This document shows positions 1 through 10,256 of a stretch of DNA of 64,000 bases, one piece after another; position 1 is the stretch's first letter, and every line of letters begins with the position of its first letter. Source of the DNA: Candidatus Obscuribacteraceae bacterium (GTDB lineage Bacteria > Cyanobacteriota > Vampirovibrionia > Obscuribacterales > Obscuribacteraceae). The DNA lies in contig JBGAHS010000003.1 of assembly GCA_044226015.1 (NCBI GenBank), forward strand, positions 1-64,000, written 5' to 3'. The notes under the pieces are model-generated. The model was not told where the DNA came from and did no database searches. It saw nothing but the letters and a program-made list of their open reading frames with translations. Made by a program: the position numbers and the translations under genes.

Positions 1-318
1 GTGCTTGTGCTCATGCTCGTGATCGCATCCCGGTCCATGCACATGTTCTTCGTGCTTGTGCTCGTGTTCATGATTGCATCCTGGTCCATGCACATGCTCT
101 TCATGCTTGTGCTCATGCTCGTGATCGCATCCCGGTCCATGCACATGTTCTTCGTGCTTGTGCTCGTGTTCATGATTGCATCCTGGTCCATGCACATGCT
201 CTTCATGCTTGTGCTCATGCTCGTGATCGCAATCAGGTCCATGCACGTGCATCGTAGACGCGTTGTCTGGCTTGCCTTGCCCCTCTGGACCATGCACGTG
301 CTCTGGATCGTTGCTCAT
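1..318 (-). CDS. His/Glu-rich repeat protein (17-aa repeat HVHGPGC[ND]HEHEHKHEE), putative metal-binding; runs off the window edge
   Basis: Hand translation of the minus strand: AAGGA RBS, then ATG at 318 giving [49 protein letters not shown]..., open to position 1. Lies 21 bp downstream of the vWA gene on the same strand. Not in the ORF track because there is no stop in the window. Confidence 0.85.
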   Translation of the reverse strand, partial: MSNDPEHVHGPEGQGKPDNASTMHVHGPDCDHEHEHKHEEHVHGPGCNHEHEHKHEEHVHGPGCDHEHEHKHEEHVHGPGCNHEHEHKHEEHVHGPGCDHEHEHKH

Positions 319-339
319 GTTTGCGTCCTTTCAGACTAT

Positions 340-1314
340 TTAGTGTTGATGAGAATGTCGACCTGACGCTCCACCCTGATCCTGACTCGTGAAAGCAGGG
401 GCAGGTTTGTCGTCATCATCGTCATCGTCGTGATCTTCGTCAGGAATTGGCTGCGTAAACTTTTGTCCGGCTACTTCTAGAGTAAACGATTTACAACCTT
501 CTGGTACCTTGAATTCGAGAACAGCTGGAAGTCTGGCCTCGTAGACTTTCAAAACATTACCTTTGTCGTCGGAAATCGTACCGCCAGCTGCAACAGTCAT
601 AGTTTCATCAACCAAAACAGCTACAAGTTCAGCCATTTCTTCCATCCGATCAGCGACCCGATGACACCAGAGGTGCCCAACTCCAGGGTACTCCTCGTGG
701 CAAATGTGCTCCATCTGCTCTTCATCGACCTGGTCGCCGACTCCCACCAGAACAAAGTTTATGCGGGGCAGCCTGCCAGCTTGGATTTCTTTTGCAACCT
801 GGGTTGAGTATGCTCGAATATCCGCAGCATCATGAATCTGACTATCAGTGATGATAACTGCTAGACCTCGGCGAGCGCCCTTATCAACTTGGGTGCGCAG
901 ATGTGCAACGTAGTCTCGCAGAACAGGCAACATCACGGTGCCCTTACCGTAATATTGCGGGCCGGGGAACTTGTACGACTGCGCTTGCGCACCGCTCAAA
1001 TCACCAACCACCTCCAACTGCGAGCCGTCGCCGGTTGCCCAATAACAGACACGCAAAACTCCATCACGATCCTTTGTGGCCAGGTACTCCAGCATCCAGC
1101 GCATCTGCGGCTCGACCAGGTTCTTTACTGGAGCTAACTTAGCCAGTACGCCTCGGGGTCCATATTCATCTTCCATACTTGCGGAACCATCCATATAGAG
1201 AGCTACGTCAAGCCCTTCTACAGTAGGATCGTGCAAAAGCGTGGCGATAATATGACCACTTTTATTGTGAACATCAGAAAACGGTTTGACTATTGCTTCA
1301 TGTTTGTGTGACAT
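340..1314 (-). CDS. vWA-domain protein (MIDAS)
   Basis: DGSASM (DxSxS), ITDSQIHD and LVGVG vWA motifs; acidic/His tail. Confidence 0.8.
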   Translation of the reverse strand: MSHKHEAIVKPFSDVHNKSGHIIATLLHDPTVEGLDVALYMDGSASMEDEYGPRGVLAKLAPVKNLVEPQMRWMLEYLATKDRDGVLRVCYWATGDGSQLEVVGDLSGAQAQSYKFPGPQYYGKGTVMLPVLRDYVAHLRTQVDKGARRGLAVIITDSQIHDAADIRAYSTQVAKEIQAGRLPRINFVLVGVGDQVDEEQMEHICHEEYPGVGHLWCHRVADRMEEMAELVAVLVDETMTVAAGGTISDDKGNVLKVYEARLPAVLEFKVPEGCKSFTLEVAGQKFTQPIPDEDHDDDDDDDKPAPAFTSQDQGGASGRHSHQH

Positions 1315-1332
1315 CTTTTTATTCCTCTGCGC

Positions 1333-2268
1333 TTAGTGAGCCAGCTCGCGCTCATGCTCTTCAGCTGGTAGCGGTTGTGTGAATCTCTGCCCGTTTACTT
1401 CGAGAGTGAATGACTTAGCACCCTCTGGTACATTGAATTCCAAAACTGCAGGCAAACGAGCTTCGTAAATTTTCAGAACATTGCCTTTGTCATCGTATAT
1501 GGTGCCACCAGCAGCGACAGTCATCGTTTCATCAACTAGAACAGCTACAAGCTCAGCCATTTGACCAATCTCTTCTGCTATGCGATGACACCAGAGGTGC
1601 CCGATACCGGGATACTCGACGTGACAGATTTCTTCCATTTGCTCTTCATTGATTTGGTCGCCGACGCCAACGAGAATGAAGTTGACTCGTGGAAGTAAAC
1701 CGCGAGCTATTTCTTTTGCAATCTGCGCGCAGTAGCGTTTAACTTCATCGGCATCATGCAGCTCGCCATCAGTGATGAACACAGCGCAACCGCGCTTACA
1801 ACCTTCTTTTACCTGCTTCTTCAGATAGTGAATGTAATCATAGAGAGCTGGTGCGAGGTGTGTAGATTTGCCTTCCGATTTTGGACCGGGGAATTTATAT
1901 TGTTTGACATCGATTCCGCGAAGGTCTCCAATATACTCGATTTCGCGCCCCGAACCGCAAGCCCAATAAGCAACGCGCAATTCTCCATTTCTATCTTTCG
2001 TAGCCAGATATTCAAGTATCCATTGCGCCTGTGGCTCAACTTTGTTGGGAAGAACTTCCGGTTTCTTGCCTATGAACCAATTCCAAAGCGAAGCATGCTT
2101 CACCTTGTATTCGTATTCCTCACCCATACTGGCGGAACCGTCGAGATAGATAGCCATGTCTAGACCTTCAACGGTTGGATCGTGCAACAAGGTTGCACGT
2201 ACTTGTCCGTGTTCAACGTGGAGATCAGAGAATGGTTCTACTGGTCTTTCATGATCATGTTCAGACAT
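1333..2268 (-). CDS. vWA-domain protein, paralogue of 340..1314
   Basis: DGSASM, FITDGELHD; long near-identical blocks shared with the neighbour (ATLLHDPTVEGLD, ELVAVLVDETMTVAAGGTI). Confidence 0.8.
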   Translation of the reverse strand: MSEHDHERPVEPFSDLHVEHGQVRATLLHDPTVEGLDMAIYLDGSASMGEEYEYKVKHASLWNWFIGKKPEVLPNKVEPQAQWILEYLATKDRNGELRVAYWACGSGREIEYIGDLRGIDVKQYKFPGPKSEGKSTHLAPALYDYIHYLKKQVKEGCKRGCAVFITDGELHDADEVKRYCAQIAKEIARGLLPRVNFILVGVGDQINEEQMEEICHVEYPGIGHLWCHRIAEEIGQMAELVAVLVDETMTVAAGGTIYDDKGNVLKIYEARLPAVLEFNVPEGAKSFTLEVNGQRFTQPLPAEEHERELAH

Positions 2269-2310
2269 TTTTTTACCTACCTTTTTTCACATGGATTTCG
2301 CAATACGAAA

Positions 2311-3765
2311 TTATTGAAAGTCTGCCATCCAATCAGGGTTGGATTCGTTTTCATCCTGTTTTGTTTTATCATTTTTAATTTCAGGCTTTGACGGTCCGAA
2401 ATCATCCATCCACCCTGCCTTTTTGGTTCCAGCATTTTTCTTTTCGGTGGATCCACCTTGTCGCTCAGCCAAATTTGCCGCTGCAGACCTGATTTCGCTT
2501 TTTTGCTCGCTGTGAGAAACCGAAGGTGTTAAAGTTGCGGGCTTCTCCGAACTATGTTTTTTCGTAAAATCCTTGGTCCACGTCGGTGGACCCGAGTAGC
2601 TAGCTGGTTTCGCAACAGGTTTCGCCACCGAGTTGGCGTTAGCAGTGAAATCAACCTTTGCCGCCGAGTTGCCAACTTGAAACGGTCTCTGAGGTGTTTT
2701 TTGAGACCGCGAGGGATCTTGAAGTATTGACTGAGAAGCTCTCGAAATTTCCTCCGAGCTAGCTACTCGACTAAGAGCAGCAACAAGCTTGGAACGCTGA
2801 GGTGGCCAACCGCTAATCGACTGCATAGCAAATTTGGCAAGATCTACAAAGTCAGAAACAGTACCTTCCCTCGGCAACTCCAGCTTGTCTTTGGTAATTT
2901 TCCCGTACAAGTGATCCAAAACCCCATCTACGATGGGATCGCCAACACCTTTCACCGGAAGCTTTCTTATTGCGGTATTACCCTTGATGGCATAACCCCG
3001 CTGCTCAAGATTATTTTTCAGAGCACTCATACTCGGCACAGGTAGCTCGATTTCTGTGAAACGACTGTGCAAATTATTCTTGTGCAAGTCCTTCTGCAAT
3101 GCTTGTAGAATATCAAACAAGATTTGCTTTGTGGTTAGTTCATTTGAGGGATCATTTGCAGCTAACTCGGCGGTAGGAAGCGGGTAAACGATTACGACCC
3201 CCGAGCCTTTGGCGAGTTCGGCATCATTGTCACAGGGAACCATGAAGTGGTGACATTTTGTAGGAAGCAACGCATGATTGGTTCCTACAGCATAAGTAAA
3301 CGCATACTTTCCGCCTTCAATCAGCCCGTTGAGTATGTCGGCGCGCGTCACGGTCAGCTGCCCTTCGATGCCATTAAAACCAAATTCTGGAAACGGACCA
3401 AAGAGTTTTCCGTAAAGGTAAACAGGGTCGTTGATTCCGGGCGAGTCTCCTGGTTGCTCGACGAGTTGGCAGGCAAAGAGAAAGAACTTACTGATAGACA
3501 AGAGGCGGCGTCCCGCAGTAGCTGATAATTCATTAAATGCGAGCTGCCCCTGCAAGACTTCGTCCATTTCACGAATGTCAGCGGGACCACAGACTTGCAA
3601 GTCACCACCAGCATCGACGCCTACAACACAATCCATCTCGGAGATGTGCCGTCCTCCGACGATGAAACTATCTATAATCTGCAAAATTGGCGCAGGTTCA
3701 GCATTCTCAGGTGCAGTTGCTGCCCCTGATCTGGCTACAAAATAGCGCGGTAATGACCCTGACAT
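2311..3765 (-). CDS. Hypothetical protein with disordered C-terminal tail
   Basis: Long ORF; probable ATG at 3765 (MSGSLPRYF); no family recognised. Confidence 0.6.
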   Translation of the reverse strand: MSGSLPRYFVARSGAATAPENAEPAPILQIIDSFIVGGRHISEMDCVVGVDAGGDLQVCGPADIREMDEVLQGQLAFNELSATAGRRLLSISKFFLFACQLVEQPGDSPGINDPVYLYGKLFGPFPEFGFNGIEGQLTVTRADILNGLIEGGKYAFTYAVGTNHALLPTKCHHFMVPCDNDAELAKGSGVVIVYPLPTAELAANDPSNELTTKQILFDILQALQKDLHKNNLHSRFTEIELPVPSMSALKNNLEQRGYAIKGNTAIRKLPVKGVGDPIVDGVLDHLYGKITKDKLELPREGTVSDFVDLAKFAMQSISGWPPQRSKLVAALSRVASSEEISRASQSILQDPSRSQKTPQRPFQVGNSAAKVDFTANANSVAKPVAKPASYSGPPTWTKDFTKKHSSEKPATLTPSVSHSEQKSEIRSAAANLAERQGGSTEKKNAGTKKAGWMDDFGPSKPEIKNDKTKQDENESNPDWMADFQ

Positions 3766-3883
3766 GTCGCCCCCCGGACCACCTCTGTCCTCGTTCCCGG
3801 TTCTTGACCTCAGCAAACGGTAGCAAGACGGTCTGAAACCGCAGCCTTAACCAAAGAGACCGAACAAATGAGCGTCAACAATT

Positions 3884-6211
3884 CTACCTTTTTAAGCGCA
3901 GCAATGCGCGCAACTGCTCAGCTTGAACTTTCTTTCCCGCTTTGTCTAACAGCTTGGCGTAATCCTCAAAGCCATCGCAGATAAACTTCTCTTGCAATAC
4001 CAAAGGATTTCCGGCAAGTGTTTTTGTTTGCTCAAAGAGGTCCATCGCCTTGCTTTGACTAGCTTTAGCATCGATATTCTCTGCTGCTTGCCGAGCAAGC
4101 AAACGAGCTTCTATGAAATCCAAAATTTGCCCTTGCAGTACAGCTAAGAGCTTTGCTTCTCCAGCGATCACTCTTCCTTTTTTTATTTGCTTTAAACACT
4201 CAGCATCCTTTTCTTGCAGAAAACAAGACTCAGCTAAGACGACGCAACACGCGGGGTGAATGAAGTCCATTCTTTCCCAGTGAGGAACCCGTTCTGCAGA
4301 CTCCTGAGCAAGTTGTTCAGCTTTCCAATAATTGCCGACAGACAACTCGTAATCAGCATATTTTTCCAGTATATTGCAAAGCGGTACATAATCTCTGTGA
4401 CCGGAAGCGATCATTCCAGCTACGTCGAACCCATGTTGGTACAGAGCACCTGCCGATTTTCGATTTTTCAAAATTCCCTCAAGCCGCCCATTTATTGTCG
4501 CGGCTGCAACAGTTGCGTCCTCATCATCTTGCGATGGTACATAAATAAAGGCTTCAGAGAGCCTAAGGTGCTTCTTACATTGCTCAATTTCATTCAGCGC
4601 ATAGAAATTTTGAGCCATAAGACTGCTAGATAGGATTCCACAGGGCTTATCGTTCAAACCAAGATCTGTATAGGTCGCAAGTGATTCAGAAAGGACCTTA
4701 TTTGATTCAGCAAATCGCCTATCAAAATAGAACTGTTTTGCCAAAGCAATTTTCGTATCAGCAAAATACTTCCGAACGAAGCTGTTTTTCGACAAATTCC
4801 ACTTTTGCATATCTATCAAAAGCTTGATATAGCGCTCTCTCTTCTGGCTCTTTAATAGCATCTGAGCATAATACTTCAACACGTCTATACGCTCTTCATC
4901 TGGACTTTGCAATGCATTAGTGAACTCAAGGGCACGCTCGAATTCTTTAGCAGATAAATCAAAATCTTGCAGGTAGTTAAAGCAGGTAGCCCTCTGCTTC
5001 GCGCATCGTACAATCAAATTATGCAAACGCCCAGTGCTTGCCACCTTGCCAGAGCGAATCTCATTTTGCGCTAAAGCGATGGCCTTATCGTAGAGTATTG
5101 CGCCCTGCTTAAAGAGCTCCGTCGCTCTTGGTGTAAGTCCTTTACCGCTCATTTCACGAGTCGCCCAATCGTACTGGCGATCAGCTTCCCCGGCTACCGC
5201 GGCACTTTGTTTTTTTTCTTCAGGTGGGGGAAAAAGAGTGGCGTAATTGCGAATGAAGTAGATGCAACTGGCAATGACTAGTCCAACCAGAACACTTGTA
5301 GCAAGGGCGATTAGCACAACAGGAACGGGCTTACGTTCGCAAACACCGAGCCTGGACAAAACCTTATCAAAGGCCAGCTTAAAATCGGAACCTGATTGAT
5401 AACGTTCTGCGGAATTCTTCGCCATGCCTTTTTTCAAGACATCAACTATTCCCGCTTGCACCCATTCAGCTGGCAGACTGGAAAAGTTCGGGTCTTCGTT
5501 GACGTGTTTGTACATTTGCTCCATCGCCGAATTAGCCTCAAAAGGCGTTTTCCTTGTCAGGCAATAGAACAATACACAAGCAGTGGAATAGATATCGGAG
5601 GAACTAGATGCAGGCTCACCTTTGCATTGCTCAGGGCTCATAAAGGACGGGTTTCCGAGCATTTGACCGGTGTTCGTAATCTTCACATCAGCATCAGCAA
5701 CGTTTAGAGCGAGTCCAAAATCTAAGAGCTTTATTTGCAGCTGACCGATTTCATTTTCTGTAATTATGATATTTGCAGGTGAAATGTCTCTATGCACAAC
5801 GCCTTTACTGTGCGAGTAATCGAGTGCACTAAATAGTTGCTCGACGATCGTTTTCAATGAAAGTGTATTTACATTACCACTTTCGACAAACTCGCTTAGC
5901 GGCTGACCGTCGATCCATTCCATCACAATAAATGGCAGCTGCGAATTGAAATCTGCAGCGTAGAGCTTGACTATATTTGGATGATCAAGACTGCTAAGAA
6001 CCCGTGTTTCGCGCACAAACCGACTTTGACTTTGCTCAGACTTCTGTGCCTGCAAAAGCAATTTTATGGCGACTTCTCTTTGCAAAAGATTATCTAGCGC
6101 CTTATAGACAACGCCAACACCGCCGCGACCCACCTTAGACAGGACTGAATATTGAGTCGGAAACTCAATAGGAAGGTCTAAAGTCTCGCCGGAATCACTG
6201 CTATCGCTCAT
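3884..6211 (-). CDS. Hanks-type Ser/Thr kinase with TM helix and TPR-like C-terminus
   Basis: GRGGVGVV, VAIK, HRDISPAN, DFG, GNPSFMSPEQ; hydrophobic segment after the kinase domain. Confidence 0.9.
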   Translation of the reverse strand: MSDSSDSGETLDLPIEFPTQYSVLSKVGRGGVGVVYKALDNLLQREVAIKLLLQAQKSEQSQSRFVRETRVLSSLDHPNIVKLYAADFNSQLPFIVMEWIDGQPLSEFVESGNVNTLSLKTIVEQLFSALDYSHSKGVVHRDISPANIIITENEIGQLQIKLLDFGLALNVADADVKITNTGQMLGNPSFMSPEQCKGEPASSSSDIYSTACVLFYCLTRKTPFEANSAMEQMYKHVNEDPNFSSLPAEWVQAGIVDVLKKGMAKNSAERYQSGSDFKLAFDKVLSRLGVCERKPVPVVLIALATSVLVGLVIASCIYFIRNYATLFPPPEEKKQSAAVAGEADRQYDWATREMSGKGLTPRATELFKQGAILYDKAIALAQNEIRSGKVASTGRLHNLIVRCAKQRATCFNYLQDFDLSAKEFERALEFTNALQSPDEERIDVLKYYAQMLLKSQKRERYIKLLIDMQKWNLSKNSFVRKYFADTKIALAKQFYFDRRFAESNKVLSESLATYTDLGLNDKPCGILSSSLMAQNFYALNEIEQCKKHLRLSEAFIYVPSQDDEDATVAAATINGRLEGILKNRKSAGALYQHGFDVAGMIASGHRDYVPLCNILEKYADYELSVGNYWKAEQLAQESAERVPHWERMDFIHPACCVVLAESCFLQEKDAECLKQIKKGRVIAGEAKLLAVLQGQILDFIEARLLARQAAENIDAKASQSKAMDLFEQTKTLAGNPLVLQEKFICDGFEDYAKLLDKAGKKVQAEQLRALLRLKR

Positions 6212-6246
6212 TCGCGTAAGTTTATCACTTTAAGCCGATAGTATTG

Positions 6247-6696
6247 TTAGTTAACCCTTTTCCTCACCCAGGGTGGGTCTGGTGCAAAAACCGCAACTAT
6301 CGTTCCAAAAGACAATAACCCAACTAGCATTAACGCTGTGAACATTTTCTGCGTAGGTCGTTTTCGATCAAGAACCGCAACATCTGGGTCATTTGGTTGA
6401 TAGTACACAATTAGCGGCTGACCAGGAATCATGTCGAAAGGAAATGTGTTTTCATTGTATGAGTTCATTTTAGAACGATACTTTTTGTTTGCGACTGTGT
6501 ACTCATACTCGGCGCAGGTGTTACGATTGGATTTAGAAATATCGACCCACACGCGCAATACTTCACCGCTAGCAGAAGCGTAAGACCGGGGATCGGGAGC
6601 TTTCAAAAAATCAGTGCTGCCCCAAATTCCAGCACAGACTGCAAGCATCGAGCCTATAACGAGTCCTACAACTTTTCCGGCAGTAACCTTCGCCAT
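6247..6696 (-). CDS. DUF3592-like membrane protein
   Basis: TM - G.V ... YEYTV ... VYYQPNDP - TM architecture; probable start MAKVTAGK. Confidence 0.7.
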   Translation of the reverse strand: MAKVTAGKVVGLVIGSMLAVCAGIWGSTDFLKAPDPRSYASASGEVLRVWVDISKSNRNTCAEYEYTVANKKYRSKMNSYNENTFPFDMIPGQPLIVYYQPNDPDVAVLDRKRPTQKMFTALMLVGLLSFGTIVAVFAPDPPWVRKRVN

Positions 6697-6802
6697 TTTC
6701 CCACCAAATGATAATGGAGCATGCTTCAATATATTAGCTCAATTTCGTTATCACTTAAGCAGCAAAGTAGACAGCGAAATCAATTCAATGCAGTCTTCCT
6801 GG

Positions 6803-8320
6803 CTAGAGGCTACCGTCTAGCATCATCTGTTTTATTTCTTTCGAGCGCTTTCTTACGTCTTTCATAAATTCTGGCGGGCGATTCTCCAGATTACGCAGCA
6901 TCATCTGCATTCTATGGTTTTTCGAAAATACTTTTTGGTTACGGTCCAGGAAGTCCCAATACAATGCGTTAAAAGGGCAGGCATCATCAGTGGTGGCTTC
7001 CTTATAGTTATACGGGCACTTCGCACAATAATCAGACATCTTGTTGATGTAATTTGCAGAAGCTGCATATGGCTTGGTTCCAACATAACCATTATCTGCA
7101 TGCAGAGCCATACCAATTACATTCGGAACCATAACCCAGTCATACCCATCAACATACATCACAGAAAACCATTCATTCGTTTCAAGTGGCGAAAGACCCG
7201 CAAGAAGAGCGAAATTACCAAGGACCATTAGGCGCAAAATGTGGTGCCCGTAGCCATAGTCTCGCGCACACTCAAGCGCTTGGCTCACACAGTGCATTTT
7301 CGTTTTTCCTGTCCAGAAAAACTCCGGCAACGGAGTGTCCGCACTTAAAGCGTTGCGCTCTTTGTACTCTGGCATCAAGCGCCAGTACACTCGCCATATG
7401 TATTCTCGCCAACCAATTAATTGCCTTATAAACCCTTCCACCGAAGAGAGGTTTGCGTTTCCACTGTGATACGCAGCTTCAGCCCGTTTTGCAAGCTCAA
7501 GCGGATGAAGCAAACAGACATTGATATACGGAGAGAGAACTGAATGAAAGGCGAACGGCACCCCACCAAGCATTGCGTCCTGATAGGGACCGAAGTTATC
7601 CAGGCAGTCTTCGAAGAACCTATCTGCCGCCTTCAGCGCGTCATTACGCGTAACCGCATAGTTCCATTTGTCCAGAGTTCCTGGATGATCGTTAAAGTGT
7701 TTTTCCACCATTTGCATAACGTCTTTTGTGATTTTATCCGCAGGAAACGACAGCGGCTCAGGAAATTTCAAGCCCTTTGTTGGGGGCTTCCGGTTTTCTT
7801 TATCATAGTTCCAGGCGCCACCCTCAGGCTTGCCACCATTCATCAAAATTCCGGTCTTCTTTCTCATTACGTGATAAAAGCTTTCCATTGTCACTCTCGA
7901 CTCTGGACTGCTGTGCAATTTCTCGAATTCATCAGGGTTAGAGATGAAATTACAATGACTATAGACTTTGCTTCTGATTCCCGAGAATAGCTGGGTCAAC
8001 CTTTCAGTCATTCCATACTCTGACTGCTCCATTATCAACAACGCTGACGGTGAGTTCTTCTCAATATGCTCTTTGACAGCACTAGTAAAGTCAGGATGCT
8101 CCTCGTAATAATCTACATTCCACCCCTCTTGCTGCAACTCCCTTGCAAAATGGCGCATCACTGAATAGATCAAAACAAGCTTCTGCTTGTGATATGTTTT
8201 CAAATTGCCTCGAGCCACTGATTCAATCATCAGCACTACGTCTTCGCCGGGCTTTCCATCGAGCAGAGCAGGGTTTCTCTTTGAACACTGATCGCCTGTA
8301 ATCCAAATTGTGCGGCTCAC
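6803..8320 (-). CDS. Cryptochrome/photolyase family protein, FeS-BCP (PhrB/CryB-like) clade
   Basis: WITGDQ, HKQKLVL, GGAWNYDKENRK, RQLIGWREY, HHILRLMV; four Fe-S cysteines (MHC, YCAKC, ACPF). Confidence 0.92.
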   Translation of the reverse strand: MSRTIWITGDQCSKRNPALLDGKPGEDVVLMIESVARGNLKTYHKQKLVLIYSVMRHFARELQQEGWNVDYYEEHPDFTSAVKEHIEKNSPSALLIMEQSEYGMTERLTQLFSGIRSKVYSHCNFISNPDEFEKLHSSPESRVTMESFYHVMRKKTGILMNGGKPEGGAWNYDKENRKPPTKGLKFPEPLSFPADKITKDVMQMVEKHFNDHPGTLDKWNYAVTRNDALKAADRFFEDCLDNFGPYQDAMLGGVPFAFHSVLSPYINVCLLHPLELAKRAEAAYHSGNANLSSVEGFIRQLIGWREYIWRVYWRLMPEYKERNALSADTPLPEFFWTGKTKMHCVSQALECARDYGYGHHILRLMVLGNFALLAGLSPLETNEWFSVMYVDGYDWVMVPNVIGMALHADNGYVGTKPYAASANYINKMSDYCAKCPYNYKEATTDDACPFNALYWDFLDRNQKVFSKNHRMQMMLRNLENRPPEFMKDVRKRSKEIKQMMLDGSL

Positions 8321-10170
8321 CTTTTACTTTCCTTTTCCCTTGCTGCTTTGTTGCGACTCAATTCCTTTTGAATCATATTAAATCGAGACAGCTGCTTCTT
8401 CCATGCAGCACTGCCAGATTGATTTCGGGAAATGATTTGCTCCGAGACCTGACAGAGTTTTTCCGAAACGTCCAGATACTGCTCGCAAGCAATGTCATTC
8501 AGCTCATTAACAAAAGCAAGTGCGCCTGTAAGTTCATTATCACCACGAAGACTGCTAACATCAATATTTTGCATAATCGTAGTTATGCGTTTTGCAAGAT
8601 AAGGCTTTTCTGGTAGAGCCGCGTGATTCAAAGGAGTGTTAGCATCAATGGCGACTCCTGGCAAACTGACGACTTTCTGAAACTCCTTCAGAGCGCTTCC
8701 AAAACGATGTCTCACAACAGCCAGCCTCACGCTGGTAAATCTTCTGTCACAGTCAGCCAGCGTTCCTTCCTTGAAAACAACGTCTTTCTGGTTGAGCAGC
8801 CTTTCTGCGAGATCATAGTTAGAATAACCAAAAGCAGTAGTTATTTGCGCTTCCCTCAATTTCTCAATGTAGAAACCGCACACCGGGTCATGCGAAGCAA
8901 GCATCAAGTCAATGGGTTTTTGCCATACGGCATAGCACTTATCCAGGTCCATCAGAGAAGGTTCCTGATACAACAGAGCCAATTTCGAGCTAGCTGTTGC
9001 CAGCTTATCTGCATAACTACTGATATCAGCCGGATGGTACTTGAACCGTTGGAACCAGCGATCGTAATCTTGTTTTGCCAGGGCAAGGCGTTTTTCGTAT
9101 CGTTCAATTCCTCTGGGATCAACTGGGGATTCCGCTGCACTTTTTACAGCACTCGAACTCGCTGTACTCAGAGAATTTTGCTTTAGCACAGAAATCAGTA
9201 CAGACCCTACAATTATCAGCGCCACTACTGTCAGTATCAACGGGACCGGCAAAGTACTCTTCGTGACACCACCTGAAGCCAGCGAATCCTCCATCAGATC
9301 AAGCTCAGACAAAAACTCTTTCATCGACTGAAACCGCTTGTCCGGCTCTTTGGCTAACCCCTTTGAAATGAAAGCATTTATAGGTCGCGCTACAGGTCCT
9401 AATAAACTCTGAGTAAGCTCAGGTACGTTTTCGCTTATGTGTTTGGCCAGAACATTTACTGGATTTTCTGCACAGAAAGGCGGAGCCCCCGTGAGCATTT
9501 CGTAAAAGCACACCGTCAAAGAGTAAACGTCAGAGCGTTCGTCTGCTCGCTTTCCCCTGCACTGCTCAGGGCTCATATAACTTGCAGTTCCGATAATCGC
9601 ACCCGTCCTGGTCAGCTTTTGCTCCGCATGAAAACTAGCAAGACCAAAATCAAGAAGCTTGACAGTATCAAGCTCTGGAAGATCTGAAATCATGATATTT
9701 TCGGGCTTCAGATCTCGGTGAATTACCCCACGAGCATGGACATGCTCCAGTACTTCAGCGAGCCGCCGAACAATCATTATTGCCCTTTTGGGCGACAACT
9801 GCTTACTTTCAATCAGAACTTCGCGCAGACTCTTTCCTTGAAGCAATTCCATTGCAAGAAAAGCTGCCCCTGATTCATCAATACCGATAAAATAGATTTT
9901 GACGATGCCAGCGTGTTCCATCTCTCCAAGAGTTTTTGCTTCACGCAAGAATCTTTTGCCAAACTCCTCATTCTCGATCATGTCTTTGTCATGCAAGATC
10001 TTTAGCGCCAGCTCCCTGCCGCTGTCCAATTCTCTTGCTTTAAAAACTGTTCCCAACCCGCCTGAGCCTAATTGCTCAAGCAAGAGAAACCGATCGTTGA
10101 ATTTATCGCCAGTTTTCGGAAAAAGACTCATGTTAAGCTGAAAAAAATCGCCCAACAGTGTCTTACCCAT
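8317..10170 (-). CDS. Hanks-type Ser/Thr kinase with TM helix
   Basis: GSGGLGTV, ALK, HRDLKPEN, DFG, GTASYMSPEQ; TM segment. Confidence 0.9.
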   Translation of the reverse strand: MGKTLLGDFFQLNMSLFPKTGDKFNDRFLLLEQLGSGGLGTVFKARELDSGRELALKILHDKDMIENEEFGKRFLREAKTLGEMEHAGIVKIYFIGIDESGAAFLAMELLQGKSLREVLIESKQLSPKRAIMIVRRLAEVLEHVHARGVIHRDLKPENIMISDLPELDTVKLLDFGLASFHAEQKLTRTGAIIGTASYMSPEQCRGKRADERSDVYSLTVCFYEMLTGAPPFCAENPVNVLAKHISENVPELTQSLLGPVARPINAFISKGLAKEPDKRFQSMKEFLSELDLMEDSLASGGVTKSTLPVPLILTVVALIIVGSVLISVLKQNSLSTASSSAVKSAAESPVDPRGIERYEKRLALAKQDYDRWFQRFKYHPADISSYADKLATASSKLALLYQEPSLMDLDKCYAVWQKPIDLMLASHDPVCGFYIEKLREAQITTAFGYSNYDLAERLLNQKDVVFKEGTLADCDRRFTSVRLAVVRHRFGSALKEFQKVVSLPGVAIDANTPLNHAALPEKPYLAKRITTIMQNIDVSSLRGDNELTGALAFVNELNDIACEQYLDVSEKLCQVSEQIISRNQSGSAAWKKQLSRFNMIQKELSRNKAAREKESKR

Positions 10171-10256
10171 AGTTCAAACTCTTTAATTTCGACTGAACGA
10201 AGTTAGCTTATCAATCGATGTGGTCTTTTGCGTGAACGCAAAAAATACAGCCGGCT

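Noticed and set aside
1..366. Plus-strand 121-aa hydrophobic ORF in the track
   Set aside because: Antisense shadow of the His-rich repeat gene, which has an RBS and operon context on the minus strand
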